Shown here: positions 8,413 through 18,352 of the stretch, in pieces
Layout of the letters: each line of letters begins with the position of its first letter
Numbering within the stretch: position 1 is the first letter of the stretch
NCBI GenBank assembly: GCA_963834685.1
Contig: CAWICW010000040.1
Coordinates: forward strand, 10,124-34,123
DNA: 24,000 nucleotides
DNA from: an uncultured Actinomycetes bacterium
GTDB taxonomy: Bacteria; Actinomycetota; Actinomycetes; Streptosporangiales; Streptosporangiaceae
Reading direction: 5' to 3'
Translations under genes and position numbers: made by a program
Notes under the pieces: model-generated
Told to the model about the DNA's origin: nothing
What the model saw: only the letters and a program-made list of their open reading frames with translations
Databases searched by the model: none

Positions 8413-9408
8413 CTACGGGCCTGTGCCGAACACCCTGCTGACCCGGATGTCGTCGGGCTCGAGGCGGATGAGGTCATCCCTGCCGACCAGGGCGCCCGCG
8501 GCGACCAGGCGGCTGGCCTGGCGCAGCCGCATCCGGTCGATGGCGTTGCGGACGCTGCGGGCGTTGGCGAACCGGGGCTGGGCCATGCGCCGCGCCATGT
8601 ACTCGCGGAAGGCCTGGCGGGCCGCGGGCGAGAACCGGTGGCTCTCCTGGGCCACCATGAGGTCGGCGATGCGGACCAGCTCGTCCAGGGTGAAGTCGGG
8701 GAAGTCGATGTGGTGCGCGATGCGGGAGGCCATCCCGGGGTTGGAGGTGAAGAACGAATCCATCCGGTCCCGGTAGCCGGCCAGGATGACCACCAGGTCG
8801 TCGCGCTGGGCCTCCATGACCTGCAGCAGGATCTCGATCGCCTCCTGGCCGTAGTCGCGCTCGCTGTCGGCCCGGTACAGGTAGTAGGCCTCGTCGATGA
8901 GCAGCACCCCGCCCATGGCCCGCTTGAGCACCGCCTTGGTCTTCGGCGCGGTGTGCCCGACGTACTCTCCGACCAGGTCGTCACGGGTGACGCTGACCAG
9001 GTGGCCCTGGCGCAGGTAGCCCAGGTGATTGAGGATCTCGGCCATGCGCAGCGCGACCGTGGTCTTGCCCGTGCCGGGGCTGCCGGTGAAGCACATGTGC
9101 AGCGTGGGGCGGGACGCCTTGAGGCCGAAGCGGGCGCGGAGCTGGTCGACGAGGAGCAGCGCGGCGATCTCGCGGACCCGGGTCTTGACCGGGGCGATGC
9201 CGACGAGTTCGGCGTCGAGCTGGCCGAGGAGGCCGGCGATGGCCAGCTGCTTCTGCCAGGCGCCGAGGTCGACCAGGGCGTCGTCGGCGAGGGGTTCGTC
9301 CCGTTCCGGGCCGGGCGCGGCTTCGGGAGCGGGAGCTTGGGGAGCGGGAGCTTGGGGAGCGGGAGCTTCGCGGCCGGGGGCGGGCATGGCGAAGCCTGGC
9401 GCGGTCAT
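8413..9408 (-). CDS. cbbX: CbbX, AAA+ red-type RuBisCO activase
   Basis: [30 protein letters not shown]...[82 protein letters not shown] overlap with cbbS. Confidence 0.96.
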   Translation of the reverse strand: MTAPGFAMPAPGREAPAPQAPAPQAPAPEAAPGPERDEPLADDALVDLGAWQKQLAIAGLLGQLDAELVGIAPVKTRVREIAALLLVDQLRARFGLKASRPTLHMCFTGSPGTGKTTVALRMAEILNHLGYLRQGHLVSVTRDDLVGEYVGHTAPKTKAVLKRAMGGVLLIDEAYYLYRADSERDYGQEAIEILLQVMEAQRDDLVVILAGYRDRMDSFFTSNPGMASRIAHHIDFPDFTLDELVRIADLMVAQESHRFSPAARQAFREYMARRMAQPRFANARSVRNAIDRMRLRQASRLVAAGALVGRDDLIRLEPDDIRVSRVFGTGP

Positions 9409-9836
9409 CCGCGGGGCTCTCCGTAACGCTGGCCGTGGGGCTGGCGGGCGGCGTAGGGGGACAGGGTGTAGCGGATGTGCCGGTCGCTGGCCTCCTGCCG
9501 CTCCAGCCGGAAGCCCGGCTCGTCCGGCGGGCGGTGCACGATGAAGCTCAGCGCCGTGGTCTGCCGGCCGTAGCTCGAGTCGTAGGCCGAGACCCGCACG
9601 TAGCGGTGCGGATAGGTGGCGCGGCAGGCGCGGATCTCGGCCAGCCCGGCCGAGGCGTCGGCGATGTCGAACATCGGCAGCCCCCACATCTCCCACAGGT
9701 TGTTACGGGGATGCGGGTCGTCGGTGAACTCGACCGCGACGGCCCAGCCCGCTTCGATGGCGTACTGGAGCTGGGCGGCGATCTCCTCGTCGGTCAGGTC
9801 GGGCAGGTAGGAGAAGGTGCCCTGGGTAATGCGCAC
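9405..9836 (-). CDS. cbbS: RuBisCO small subunit
   Basis: [55 protein letters not shown]...[25 protein letters not shown]. Confidence 0.97.
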   Translation of the reverse strand: MRITQGTFSYLPDLTDEEIAAQLQYAIEAGWAVAVEFTDDPHPRNNLWEMWGLPMFDIADASAGLAEIRACRATYPHRYVRVSAYDSSYGRQTTALSFIVHRPPDEPGFRLERQEASDRHIRYTLSPYAARQPHGQRYGEPRG

Positions 9837-9852
9837 GGCTGGCTCCCTGTGG

Positions 9853-11346
<1,494 letters not shown>

Positions 11347-11386
11347 CTATTGACTATTCCGGGGAGACCCTTAAGGAAAAGGTTGA

Positions 11387-12607
11387 TTATCGCGGGCTCT
11401 GGGTGGCCGGGAAACGCAGGCGCAGGAGGGCACCCTGGCCGGGGTAGCTCTTCACTTCGAGCGTGCCGCCCAGGAGTTCGGCGCGCTCGCGCATGCCGGG
11501 CAGGCCGTAGCCGGCCGGGCCGGTGCAGGTTGCGGGGCTGGTGAGGCTGGCCGGGCCGGCCGGGCTGGCGGGGGTGAAGCCCTTGCCGTCGTCCTCGATC
11601 TCGAGGGTGATCGTGTCGCCGTTGGTCAGCAGGCGCAGCCGGGCGGTACGGGCCTCGGCGTGCTTGACCACGTTCTGCAGCGCCTCCTGGGCGATGCGGT
11701 ATACGGCGGTGGCCACGTGGAGCGGCAGCTCGCAGGGGCGGGCCTCGGCGTGCACCTCGAGCTGCGGGATGGACCGGGCCAGGCTCTCCAGACTGGCGGC
11801 CAGCCCCAGGTCGTCGAGCACCGGCGGGTGCAGCCCGGCGATCGCGAACCGCGTCTCGTCCAGGGCCGCCTCGGCCAGCAGCTGGGCCTCGGCGATCTCC
11901 CGGGCGGCCACGTCCGGCGCGGTGGCCACCGCGTCCGCGGCCGCGGACAGGTGGAAGGACAGGCTCACCACCCGCTGGCTGATGCCGTCGTGGATCTCGC
12001 CGGCGAGCCGGCGGCGCTCGGTCTCCTGGGCCAGGACGATACGTTCGGCGAAGCGCTCCATGGCCTCCTCGCGCTGGGCCAGCATGCGGTGCAGCCGCGC
12101 GTTCTCGATGCCTCCGGCCATCAGGCCGGCCATCCAGCCGAGCAGCCGCACATCCGCATCGGTGAACTCGCGGCGCTGGCGCGTGTGCACGTTGAGCACA
12201 CCGACCAGGTGGTGCGGCTTGCCGAGGATCGGCACCGAGGCCATGGAGGTGAGATCCTCGCGACCCAGCGCGGGGATGTGCTTGTACCGCTGGTCGGCGT
12301 ACTTGTCGTGGGTTATGACGGCCGACCGGCCGTGCGCGGCGACCCAGCCCGACACGCCCTCGCCCATCTTGAGCTCGACCTGTCCGGCCATCTGGTGGAA
12401 CGGGGGGGTGGCGCCGCGCAGCACCAGCCGCTCGCCCGCTTCGTCGAGCAGGTACACGAAGCACACGTCGGTCTGCGTAGTCTCGGTGATCAGCGCGGCG
12501 ATGCCCTGCAGGATCTCCTCGAGGTCAAGGCCGGCCGATATCGTCTCGACGATCCGGGCCAGCAGGCGCGCCTCCCGCACCGGGTCGTCGAGGCCGAGCT
12601 GGGTCAA
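11387..12607 (-). CDS. GAF-domain sensor histidine kinase (NarX/DevS-like, HisKA_3 + HATPase_c)
   Basis: RIVETISAGLDLEEILQGIAALITETTQTDVCFVYL (GAF), ERRRLAGEIHDGISQRVVSLSFHL (phospho-His box), LEIEDDGKGF and GYGLPGMRERAELLGG (ATPase). Likely TTG start overlapping the upstream stop. Confidence 0.9.
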   Translation of the reverse strand: MTQLGLDDPVREARLLARIVETISAGLDLEEILQGIAALITETTQTDVCFVYLLDEAGERLVLRGATPPFHQMAGQVELKMGEGVSGWVAAHGRSAVITHDKYADQRYKHIPALGREDLTSMASVPILGKPHHLVGVLNVHTRQRREFTDADVRLLGWMAGLMAGGIENARLHRMLAQREEAMERFAERIVLAQETERRRLAGEIHDGISQRVVSLSFHLSAAADAVATAPDVAAREIAEAQLLAEAALDETRFAIAGLHPPVLDDLGLAASLESLARSIPQLEVHAEARPCELPLHVATAVYRIAQEALQNVVKHAEARTARLRLLTNGDTITLEIEDDGKGFTPASPAGPASLTSPATCTGPAGYGLPGMRERAELLGGTLEVKSYPGQGALLRLRFPATQSPR

Positions 12608-13263
12608 TGGAAGATCCCCTCGCGCAGCGCCGCGGCGACCGCGCCGGCCCGGTCGGAAACGTCGAGCTTGCGGTAGATCCCGCGGACGTGGGTCTTGATC
12701 GTCTCCGCGCTCAGCGTGAGCTGGCCGGCGATGGCGCGATTCGACCGGCCGGAGACGATCAGGGCCAGCACCTCGCTCTCCCGCTGGGTCAGCCCGAGAT
12801 GCGCGCCCGGCCAGAACTCCCCGCTCTGCAGGCGGGCCGCGGACTGGGCCACCCGGGCGGCCAGGGCCGGGTCCACCAGCGTCTCGCCCTGGTGGATGCG
12901 GGTCAGGTACTCGACCAGCTCCATGCCCCGGACCCGCTTGAGCAGGAACCCCGACGCCCCGAGCCGGAGCGCCTGGTACAGGTACTGCTCGTCGTCGTAC
13001 ACGGTCAGGAAGACCACCTTGCACTCCGGGCGCCGCCGCAGGATCGCCGAGCACAGGTCCAGGCCGCTGTGGCCGTGCAGCCGGACGTCCAGCAGCACCA
13101 TGTCGGGCTCGACGTCGGCGACCAGCGCGATCGCGTCCTCTGGCTCGCAGGCCTCCCCCACGATCTGCACGTTGCCCTGGTAGGAGGACAGCATCGCGCG
13201 CAGCCCGTCAAGCACCATCTGGTGGTCATCGACGATCACCAAGCGTGGCGGTGACCTGTTCAT
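12604..13263 (-). CDS. NarL/LuxR-family response regulator
   Basis: PRLVIVDDHQMVLDGLRAML...DMVLLDVRLHGHSGLDL...VVFLTVYDDEQY receiver; LTQRESEVLALIVSGRSNRAIAGQLTLSAETIKTHVRGIYRKLDVSDRAGAV HTH. Confidence 0.95.
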   Translation of the reverse strand: MNRSPPRLVIVDDHQMVLDGLRAMLSSYQGNVQIVGEACEPEDAIALVADVEPDMVLLDVRLHGHSGLDLCSAILRRRPECKVVFLTVYDDEQYLYQALRLGASGFLLKRVRGMELVEYLTRIHQGETLVDPALAARVAQSAARLQSGEFWPGAHLGLTQRESEVLALIVSGRSNRAIAGQLTLSAETIKTHVRGIYRKLDVSDRAGAVAAALREGIFH

Positions 13264-13395
13264 GCCCGAAAGCGTACGTTCCCGGCCCCGGTTTCGGGAT
13301 CCCCCATCGTTCTCCCCCGGGCGGGGGAGGCACGCCGCCCCGCTAGTGCGTAGTTTCACAAGCAGGGAGTCCCGGACCTAGGGAGCGAGCGGCAG

Positions 13396-14328
13396 GTGCC
13401 CGAGAAGATGATGCGCATGCACCGCGCCCGCGGGCCGCGCCCGACGATGCTGGCCATCGCCGGGGACAGCGCCGCGGGCAAGACCACGCTGGCCCGCGGC
13501 ATCGTCCAGGCCCTGGGCGCCGAGCGCAGCACGTCGCTGTGCGTGGACGACTACCACCGGTACGACCGGGCCGAGCGCACCGGGCTGCCGTTCACCGCGC
13601 TGCATCCGGACTGCAACTACATGCAGATCATGGAACAGCACCTGCAGCTGCTGGCCATGGGCGAGCCGGTGCTCAAGCCGGTGTACGACCACTCGACCGG
13701 GCTGCTGGCCCGGCCGCGGCTGGTCGAGCCGCGGGAGGTGGTCATCGCCGAGGGGCTGCTGCCGCTGCACACCAGGCTGTCACGCGCCTGTTTCGACGTC
13801 ACCGTGTACGTGGATCCCGGCGAGCAGATCCGGCGGGAGTGGAAGGTGCGCCGCGACACCGCCGACCGCGGCTACACCCGGCAGCAGGTCATGGCCGAGC
13901 TCGCGCGGCGGGAACCGGAGTCCGAATCGTTTATCCGGCGTCAGCGGCGCGAGGCCGACATCACGGTCAGCTTCGGCCCGATCGACGGGCGGGAGGACCC
14001 GCCGAGGACGCCGCTGTCGGTCACGCTGCTGCTCCGGCCGACCATCCGGCACCCCAACTTCGCCAAGCTGATCGCCGAGGTGCCGCAGTCGGTGGCCCAC
14101 CTCAAGCTGATGCGGGACGCGGACGGGAGCCCGGTAGACGCGCTGCACATCCACGGGTACGCGCCGGAGGCCGAGGCCGAGGTGCTGGCCAAGGCGATCT
14201 GGTCCAGCCTCGGGGTGGACCAGGCGCTGCCGGACTGCCTGGGTCTGGTCGCGGGCGGGGTGCGGAGCGAGCCGTTGCGGCTGGCGCAGCTGCTGCTGCT
14301 GTACCACATCGTGCAGGACATCGCCTGA
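13396..14328 (+). CDS. cbbP: Phosphoribulokinase
   Basis: MLAIAGDSAAGKTTLARGIVQAL (P-loop), CVDDYHRYDRAERTGLPFTALHPDCNYMQIMEQHL, KPVYDHSTG, VVIAEGLLPLHT. Start GTG 13396, or downstream ATG 13408/13411. Confidence 0.93.
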   Translation: MPEKMMRMHRARGPRPTMLAIAGDSAAGKTTLARGIVQALGAERSTSLCVDDYHRYDRAERTGLPFTALHPDCNYMQIMEQHLQLLAMGEPVLKPVYDHSTGLLARPRLVEPREVVIAEGLLPLHTRLSRACFDVTVYVDPGEQIRREWKVRRDTADRGYTRQQVMAELARREPESESFIRRQRREADITVSFGPIDGREDPPRTPLSVTLLLRPTIRHPNFAKLIAEVPQSVAHLKLMRDADGSPVDALHIHGYAPEAEAEVLAKAIWSSLGVDQALPDCLGLVAGGVRSEPLRLAQLLLLYHIVQDIA

Positions 14329-14330
14329 GC

Positions 14331-15212
14331 ATGGTCACGCTGACCCAGCTGCACACGTTCCTGGCGGTGGCCGAGACCGGGTCGGTACGGGCGGCCGCTG
14401 AGCGGCTGGTGGTGACCGAGTCGGCGGTGTCGTCCTGCGTCACGGCGCTGCAGAAGGACCTCGAGCTGGCCCTGGTGGCCAAGAACGGCCGCGGGCTGCG
14501 GCTGACCGATGCCGGCCAGGTGTACGCCGGGTACGCCCGGGGCGTGCTGGGGCTGCTGGACGAGGGGCGTTCGGCGGCCGCGGGTGAGGCCGGCGGGGGG
14601 GTGCTCCGGGTGGCCGCCGTGACCACGGCCGGGGAGCAGCTGCTGCCCGGGCTGCTGGCCGGGTTCCGCCGCCGGTACCCGCGGATCGGCATCCACCTGG
14701 AGGTGGGCAACCGGGAGCGGACGCTGCGGCTGGCTGACGACCATCACGTCGACCTGGTGCTCGGCGGCCGGCCGCCGCAGGGTCCGGGATGGCCGCGGAT
14801 GATGGCGCACGCCGTCCGGCCGAACGAGCTGGTGGTGGTGGGGCCTGTGGGGTTGGCTCCGCCCTCCGCCGCAGACCTGGCGGCTCAGACCTGGCTGTTG
14901 CGCGAGCCGGGCTCGGGGACGCGCGCGACGACCGAGGCGTACCTGGAGGAACTGCAGATCGCGCCGGGCACGCTCACGGTCGGCTCCAACGTGGCCGTCT
15001 GCGAGTCCGTCGCCGTGGGTCTGGGAGTGACCCTGATCTCACGCGACGCGGTGGCGCGCGACATCGGCCGGGGCGTGCTGGCTGAGCTGCCCGCGCCCGG
15101 CACGCCGCTGCGGCGGGACTGGTGCCTGGTCTCCCGGGAGGGCCACCTGCCCGCGCCGAGCCGGCTGTTCGTCCGGCACGTCCGGCGGGCCGCGGGGTGG
15201 ACGGCGGCCTAG
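14331..15212 (+). CDS. cbbR: LysR-family transcriptional regulator, likely CbbR-type
   Basis: MVTLTQLHTFLAVAETGSVRAAAERLVVTESAVSSCVTALQKDLELALVAKNGRGLRLTDAGQ; immediately follows cbbP. Confidence 0.88.
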   Translation: MVTLTQLHTFLAVAETGSVRAAAERLVVTESAVSSCVTALQKDLELALVAKNGRGLRLTDAGQVYAGYARGVLGLLDEGRSAAAGEAGGGVLRVAAVTTAGEQLLPGLLAGFRRRYPRIGIHLEVGNRERTLRLADDHHVDLVLGGRPPQGPGWPRMMAHAVRPNELVVVGPVGLAPPSAADLAAQTWLLREPGSGTRATTEAYLEELQIAPGTLTVGSNVAVCESVAVGLGVTLISRDAVARDIGRGVLAELPAPGTPLRRDWCLVSREGHLPAPSRLFVRHVRRAAGWTAA

Positions 15213-15214
15213 TC

Positions 15215-15238
15215 CCGGGTGTTGCTGCCTTCACCCGG
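15215..15238. terminator. Hairpin CCGGGTG-N10-CACCCGG just after the cbbR stop
   Basis: Perfect 7-bp arms starting 3 nt past the stop; no U-tract. Confidence 0.45.
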
Positions 15239-15320
15239 CGGCTCCACTGGCGGGGGGAAGCGGGCCGGGGCGGCCGGAGTCAGGCTCGTGGTCACGCGCT
15301 CTTCGGAAGGGGCTAAAGAC

Positions 15321-15458
15321 ATGAACGGACCCAGCCTGGCTCCCATCCTCGTCCCGGTCACCGGGACGCTGCTGCTCATCGTGTGGCTGATCCTGGTCTT
15401 CCGGGCCGGCCGCCACGCCGACCGGCCCAGCGTCCGGTCCGGGACCGACCCGCGGTGA
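15321..15458 (+). CDS. Small predicted single-TM membrane protein (45 aa)
   Basis: MNGPSLAPILVPVTGTLLLIVWLILVFRAGRHADRPSVRSGTDPR. The stop overlaps the GTG start of the aldolase gene (GTGA). Confidence 0.65.
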   Translation: MNGPSLAPILVPVTGTLLLIVWLILVFRAGRHADRPSVRSGTDPR

Positions 15459-16483
15459 CCGCCATCGCGCTGACCGCGGCCGACCTGGTGCTGGCCGGCC
15501 GGGGCATCCTGGCCGCGGACGAGAGCGTGCCGACCATGGACGCCCGGCTGCGGCGGGCCGGGGCCTTGCCGGAAGCGGAGGCCCGGCGGGCGTACCGGGA
15601 GATGCTGGTCACCACGCCGGGCCTGAGCCTGGGGATCAGCGGCGTCATCTTGTGCGACGAGACGTTCCGGGCGCGGATGAGCGACGGGCGTTCGTTCCCC
15701 GAGGCGCTGGCCGACCGGGGACTGCTGCCCGGGATCAAGGTCGACACCGGGGCGCGGCCGCTGGCCGGCGCGCCCGGCGAGACCGTCACCGAAGGGCTGG
15801 ACGGGCTGCGGGCCAGGCTGGCGGAGTACGCGGAGCTCGGGGCCCGGTTCGCCAAGTGGCGGGCCGTGCTCCGGATCGGCGACGGGCGCCCGTCCTGGCG
15901 GGCCCTGCAGGCCAACGCGTACACCCTGGCCCGGTACGCGCGGCTCTGCCAGGAGGCGGGGCTGGTGCCCGTGGTCGAGCCCGAGGTGCTCATGGAGGGC
16001 ACCCACGGCTCGGGCCGCTGCCGGGAAGTGACCTCGGCCGTGCTCATGGTCACGGTTACCGAGCTGCTGGACATGGGGGTGGCCCTGGACGGCGTCGTGC
16101 TCAAGCCGAACATGGTGGTGCCGGGCGCGGACTGCCCGGAGCTGGCCTCCCCGGAGACGGTCGCGCAGCAGACCCTGGCCGCGCTGTGGTGCGTGGTGCC
16201 CGGGGAGATGGCCGGGGTGGCGTTCCTGTCCGGCGGGCAGAGCCCGGCCCGGGCGACCGCGAACCTGGCTGCGGTCCGGCGGCTCGGCGCGCCCTGGCCG
16301 GTGACCTTCTCCTTCGGCCGGGCCCTGGTCGACCCGGCGCTAGCCGCCTGGCACGGCGACCCGGCCCGCGTGGCCGCCGGCCAGCGGGCCCTGGCCAACC
16401 GGGTGGCCTGCAACGTCGCGGCGCTGCACGGCAGCTACACATCGGTGCTGGAGCCCAGCTACATGCTGGCCGGGTGCCCGTAA
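15455..16483 (+). CDS. Class I fructose-bisphosphate aldolase
   Basis: GRGILAADESVPTMDARL...LGISGVILCDETF...LLPGIKVDTG...GLVPVVEPEVLMEGTH...DGVVLKPNMVVPG...VAFLSGGQSPARATANL. Confidence 0.95.
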   Translation: MTAIALTAADLVLAGRGILAADESVPTMDARLRRAGALPEAEARRAYREMLVTTPGLSLGISGVILCDETFRARMSDGRSFPEALADRGLLPGIKVDTGARPLAGAPGETVTEGLDGLRARLAEYAELGARFAKWRAVLRIGDGRPSWRALQANAYTLARYARLCQEAGLVPVVEPEVLMEGTHGSGRCREVTSAVLMVTVTELLDMGVALDGVVLKPNMVVPGADCPELASPETVAQQTLAALWCVVPGEMAGVAFLSGGQSPARATANLAAVRRLGAPWPVTFSFGRALVDPALAAWHGDPARVAAGQRALANRVACNVAALHGSYTSVLEPSYMLAGCP

Positions 16484-17044
16484 CGCGGAGTCCGCGGCCG
16501 GGACAGTCACCTCGAACTCCACCCCGACCTCGTCCTTCAGCTTGAGCGCGCCGAAGAAGCCGACGTACGGCTTGATCCCGAGCGCCGTCTGGACCACCGT
16601 GGCCGAGCCGCGGTACCGGCCGGCCCCGGGCTCGGACACCTGCAGCCGGACCGGCTCGCTCTGCCCGTTGAGGGTGAATGTGCCCTCGATGGCGCCGCCG
16701 GTGGTGCCGAAGCGGACGATTTTCGAGGAGGCGAAGCTGGCCGTGCCGGTGCCGAGGATCCCGCTGATCTGCTTCTTGATGTCCGCGCGGTCCCGGTCGC
16801 TGAGCGGCTTGGCCCCGCCGGTGCCCTCGCGGACCTCCAGCGAGCCGAGGTCGAACTCGGCCTTCACCGTCGCCGCGGTGACGCCGCCCGCTTCCTCGTC
16901 CGGCACCTCGACCTGCGCCGACCAGCGGGTGATCTCGATGGTCAGGTCGTGGCCGGCCCTGGCCGCGAGGCCGGCCCGGCCGGTCTTGAGCACCACGCGT
17001 CCGTTGTCCGGTCCGAGCCGGAAGTTACCCGTAATAGCAGCCAC
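16340..17044 (-). CDS. YceI-family protein (C-terminal part antisense to aldolase gene)
   Basis: DNGRVVLKTGRAGLAARAGHDLTIEITRWSAQVEV...ILGTGTASFASSKIVRFGTTGGAIEGTFTLNGQSEPVRLQV...VGFFGALKLKDEVGVEFEVTVP. Confidence 0.85.
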   Translation of the reverse strand: MAAITGNFRLGPDNGRVVLKTGRAGLAARAGHDLTIEITRWSAQVEVPDEEAGGVTAATVKAEFDLGSLEVREGTGGAKPLSDRDRADIKKQISGILGTGTASFASSKIVRFGTTGGAIEGTFTLNGQSEPVRLQVSEPGAGRYRGSATVVQTALGIKPYVGFFGALKLKDEVGVEFEVTVPAADSALRAPGQHVAGLQHRCVAAVQRRDVAGHPVGQGPLAGGHAGRVAVPGG

Positions 17045-17171
17045 GGGCCCAACCGTACGGGCTCGGGCGGGCGGCGGTCCACTCGCGGTGCCTGCGGGAC
17101 CGGGTGTATCGCCTGGTATGCGGGGTAATGTGCCCGTTCCGGGACCCGGGTCCTGGGGGCAGGTTGCAGAA

Positions 17172-17741
17172 TTAAGGCAGCGGGAAGTCGCCGAACAGCT
17201 CGCGGATCCGGCGCAGGTCGCGCAGCCGCGGCTCGGTGGTGCCGCCGACCCAGCGGCTGACCGTCTTGACCGAGACCCCGAGCTGGCGGGCGGCGACCTC
17301 CATGGTCATGCCCTCGCGGCGCAGCGCGGCGGCCATCCAGTCGGCGAAGGCCGTCTCGTCTCCGTCCTGGCCGATGCCCAGCCCGTCCGCGCCGACCCTG
17401 CCGGGCTCCTGGGACTTGAGCAGCGAGGCCAGCGCGTCCAGGCCCGCCGGCGTCCCGATCTGGGCGCCGGAGCGCAGCACGTCGACCTCGACGTGGTCGG
17501 GGAAGATCCGGAAGGAAACGTTGATCGCGCCGGTCTCGCCGGCCGCCTCGAGCAGCGCCTGGGCGACGGTCTCGCCCACCTCGCGGTTATCGTCCTCGGA
17601 CAACGGCGACTGGGACAGGCAGCGGCGGACGAAGTCGCGGATGTCCGGGATAGACGACGGGCGCGCGGGGAATGTCTGCGACAGGACCACCACCGGTACA
17701 ACCTCGACCTTGTCGCTGATCAAGTCGGCACGATGCTCCAT
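17172..17741 (-). CDS. Regulator with a degenerate anti-sigma/histidine-kinase-like ATPase region and C-terminal HTH
   Basis: TFPARPSSIPDIRDFVRRCLSQSPLSEDDNREVGETVAQALLEAAGETGAINVSFRIFPDHVEVDVLRSG resembles an RsbW-type layout; EVAARQLGVSVKTVSRWVGGTTEPRLRDLRRI is a HTH. Divergent from hhyS. Start 17741 favoured over 17795. Confidence 0.75.
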   Translation of the reverse strand: MEHRADLISDKVEVVPVVVLSQTFPARPSSIPDIRDFVRRCLSQSPLSEDDNREVGETVAQALLEAAGETGAINVSFRIFPDHVEVDVLRSGAQIGTPAGLDALASLLKSQEPGRVGADGLGIGQDGDETAFADWMAAALRREGMTMEVAARQLGVSVKTVSRWVGGTTEPRLRDLRRIRELFGDFPLP

Positions 17742-17776
17742 CGCCACCCCTCGGGTCGGCCAAAGACGGTAAATCG

Positions 17777-17800
17777 CCCCGGTGGCCGCTGTCACCGGGG
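17777..17800. promoter_or_regulatory. Inverted repeat CCCCGGTG-N8-CACCGGGG upstream of the HTH regulator
   Basis: Perfect 8-bp arms read directly, 36-59 nt upstream of the favoured start. Confidence 0.6.
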
Positions 17801-18352
17801 TATGACAATGAGGGTACGTGGAATATGTCCTTACGGACGAGTCGGAACGGATAGACAGTTGTGTCTAGCAGGGCGACTCTTCTGTCTTGAGATCTCCACG
17901 TCACAGGAATAGGCTGTCGTCACCGGTGATGGCGCCGTTGCCGTGAGCCGGCTTCTTGTGAGCATGTGATGAGCGGTCAGCGTGCCGGCGCATCTCGTCG
18001 GCGAGCTACTGGGGCACACCGAGAACGGGCTCGGGTGGCCCAGCAGTACCGCACTGCCCGGTCCATCTACCTCTGGGCGGCAACCGAAGGGGTGGCCGCA
18101 TTGGCATCCTCCGTCGCCAGGAGGTCGAGGATTCCAGCCGCGACACACGGTCGCGCTGTTGGTTCGCGGTTCATCGGCCCGGTAGTCCGGAAGCCTCCCC
18201 GCGCAGCCACGACGTGCCCCGCCGCGGTCCCGCACATGTCCGGTTGGTTATCGCGGACGTGCTCACCGTAGCGCCCCGCACCGACATTTCACGGAGGGAG
18301 GGAGCGGCGTTCCTCCCCGGCTCGAACGCCGGGCTGCACCGCCGCGATCTCG

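Noticed and set aside
8407-9426. Plus-strand 339-aa ORF
   Set aside because: Antisense to cbbX, whose AAA+ motifs are unambiguous.
12608-13054. N-terminal extension of the sensor kinase ORF to 13054
   Set aside because: That segment is an out-of-frame reading of the response regulator gene; the kinase most likely starts at TTG 12607.
13539-14330. N-terminal extension of the LysR ORF
   Set aside because: This part is a shadow frame of phosphoribulokinase; the HTH begins at ATG 14331.
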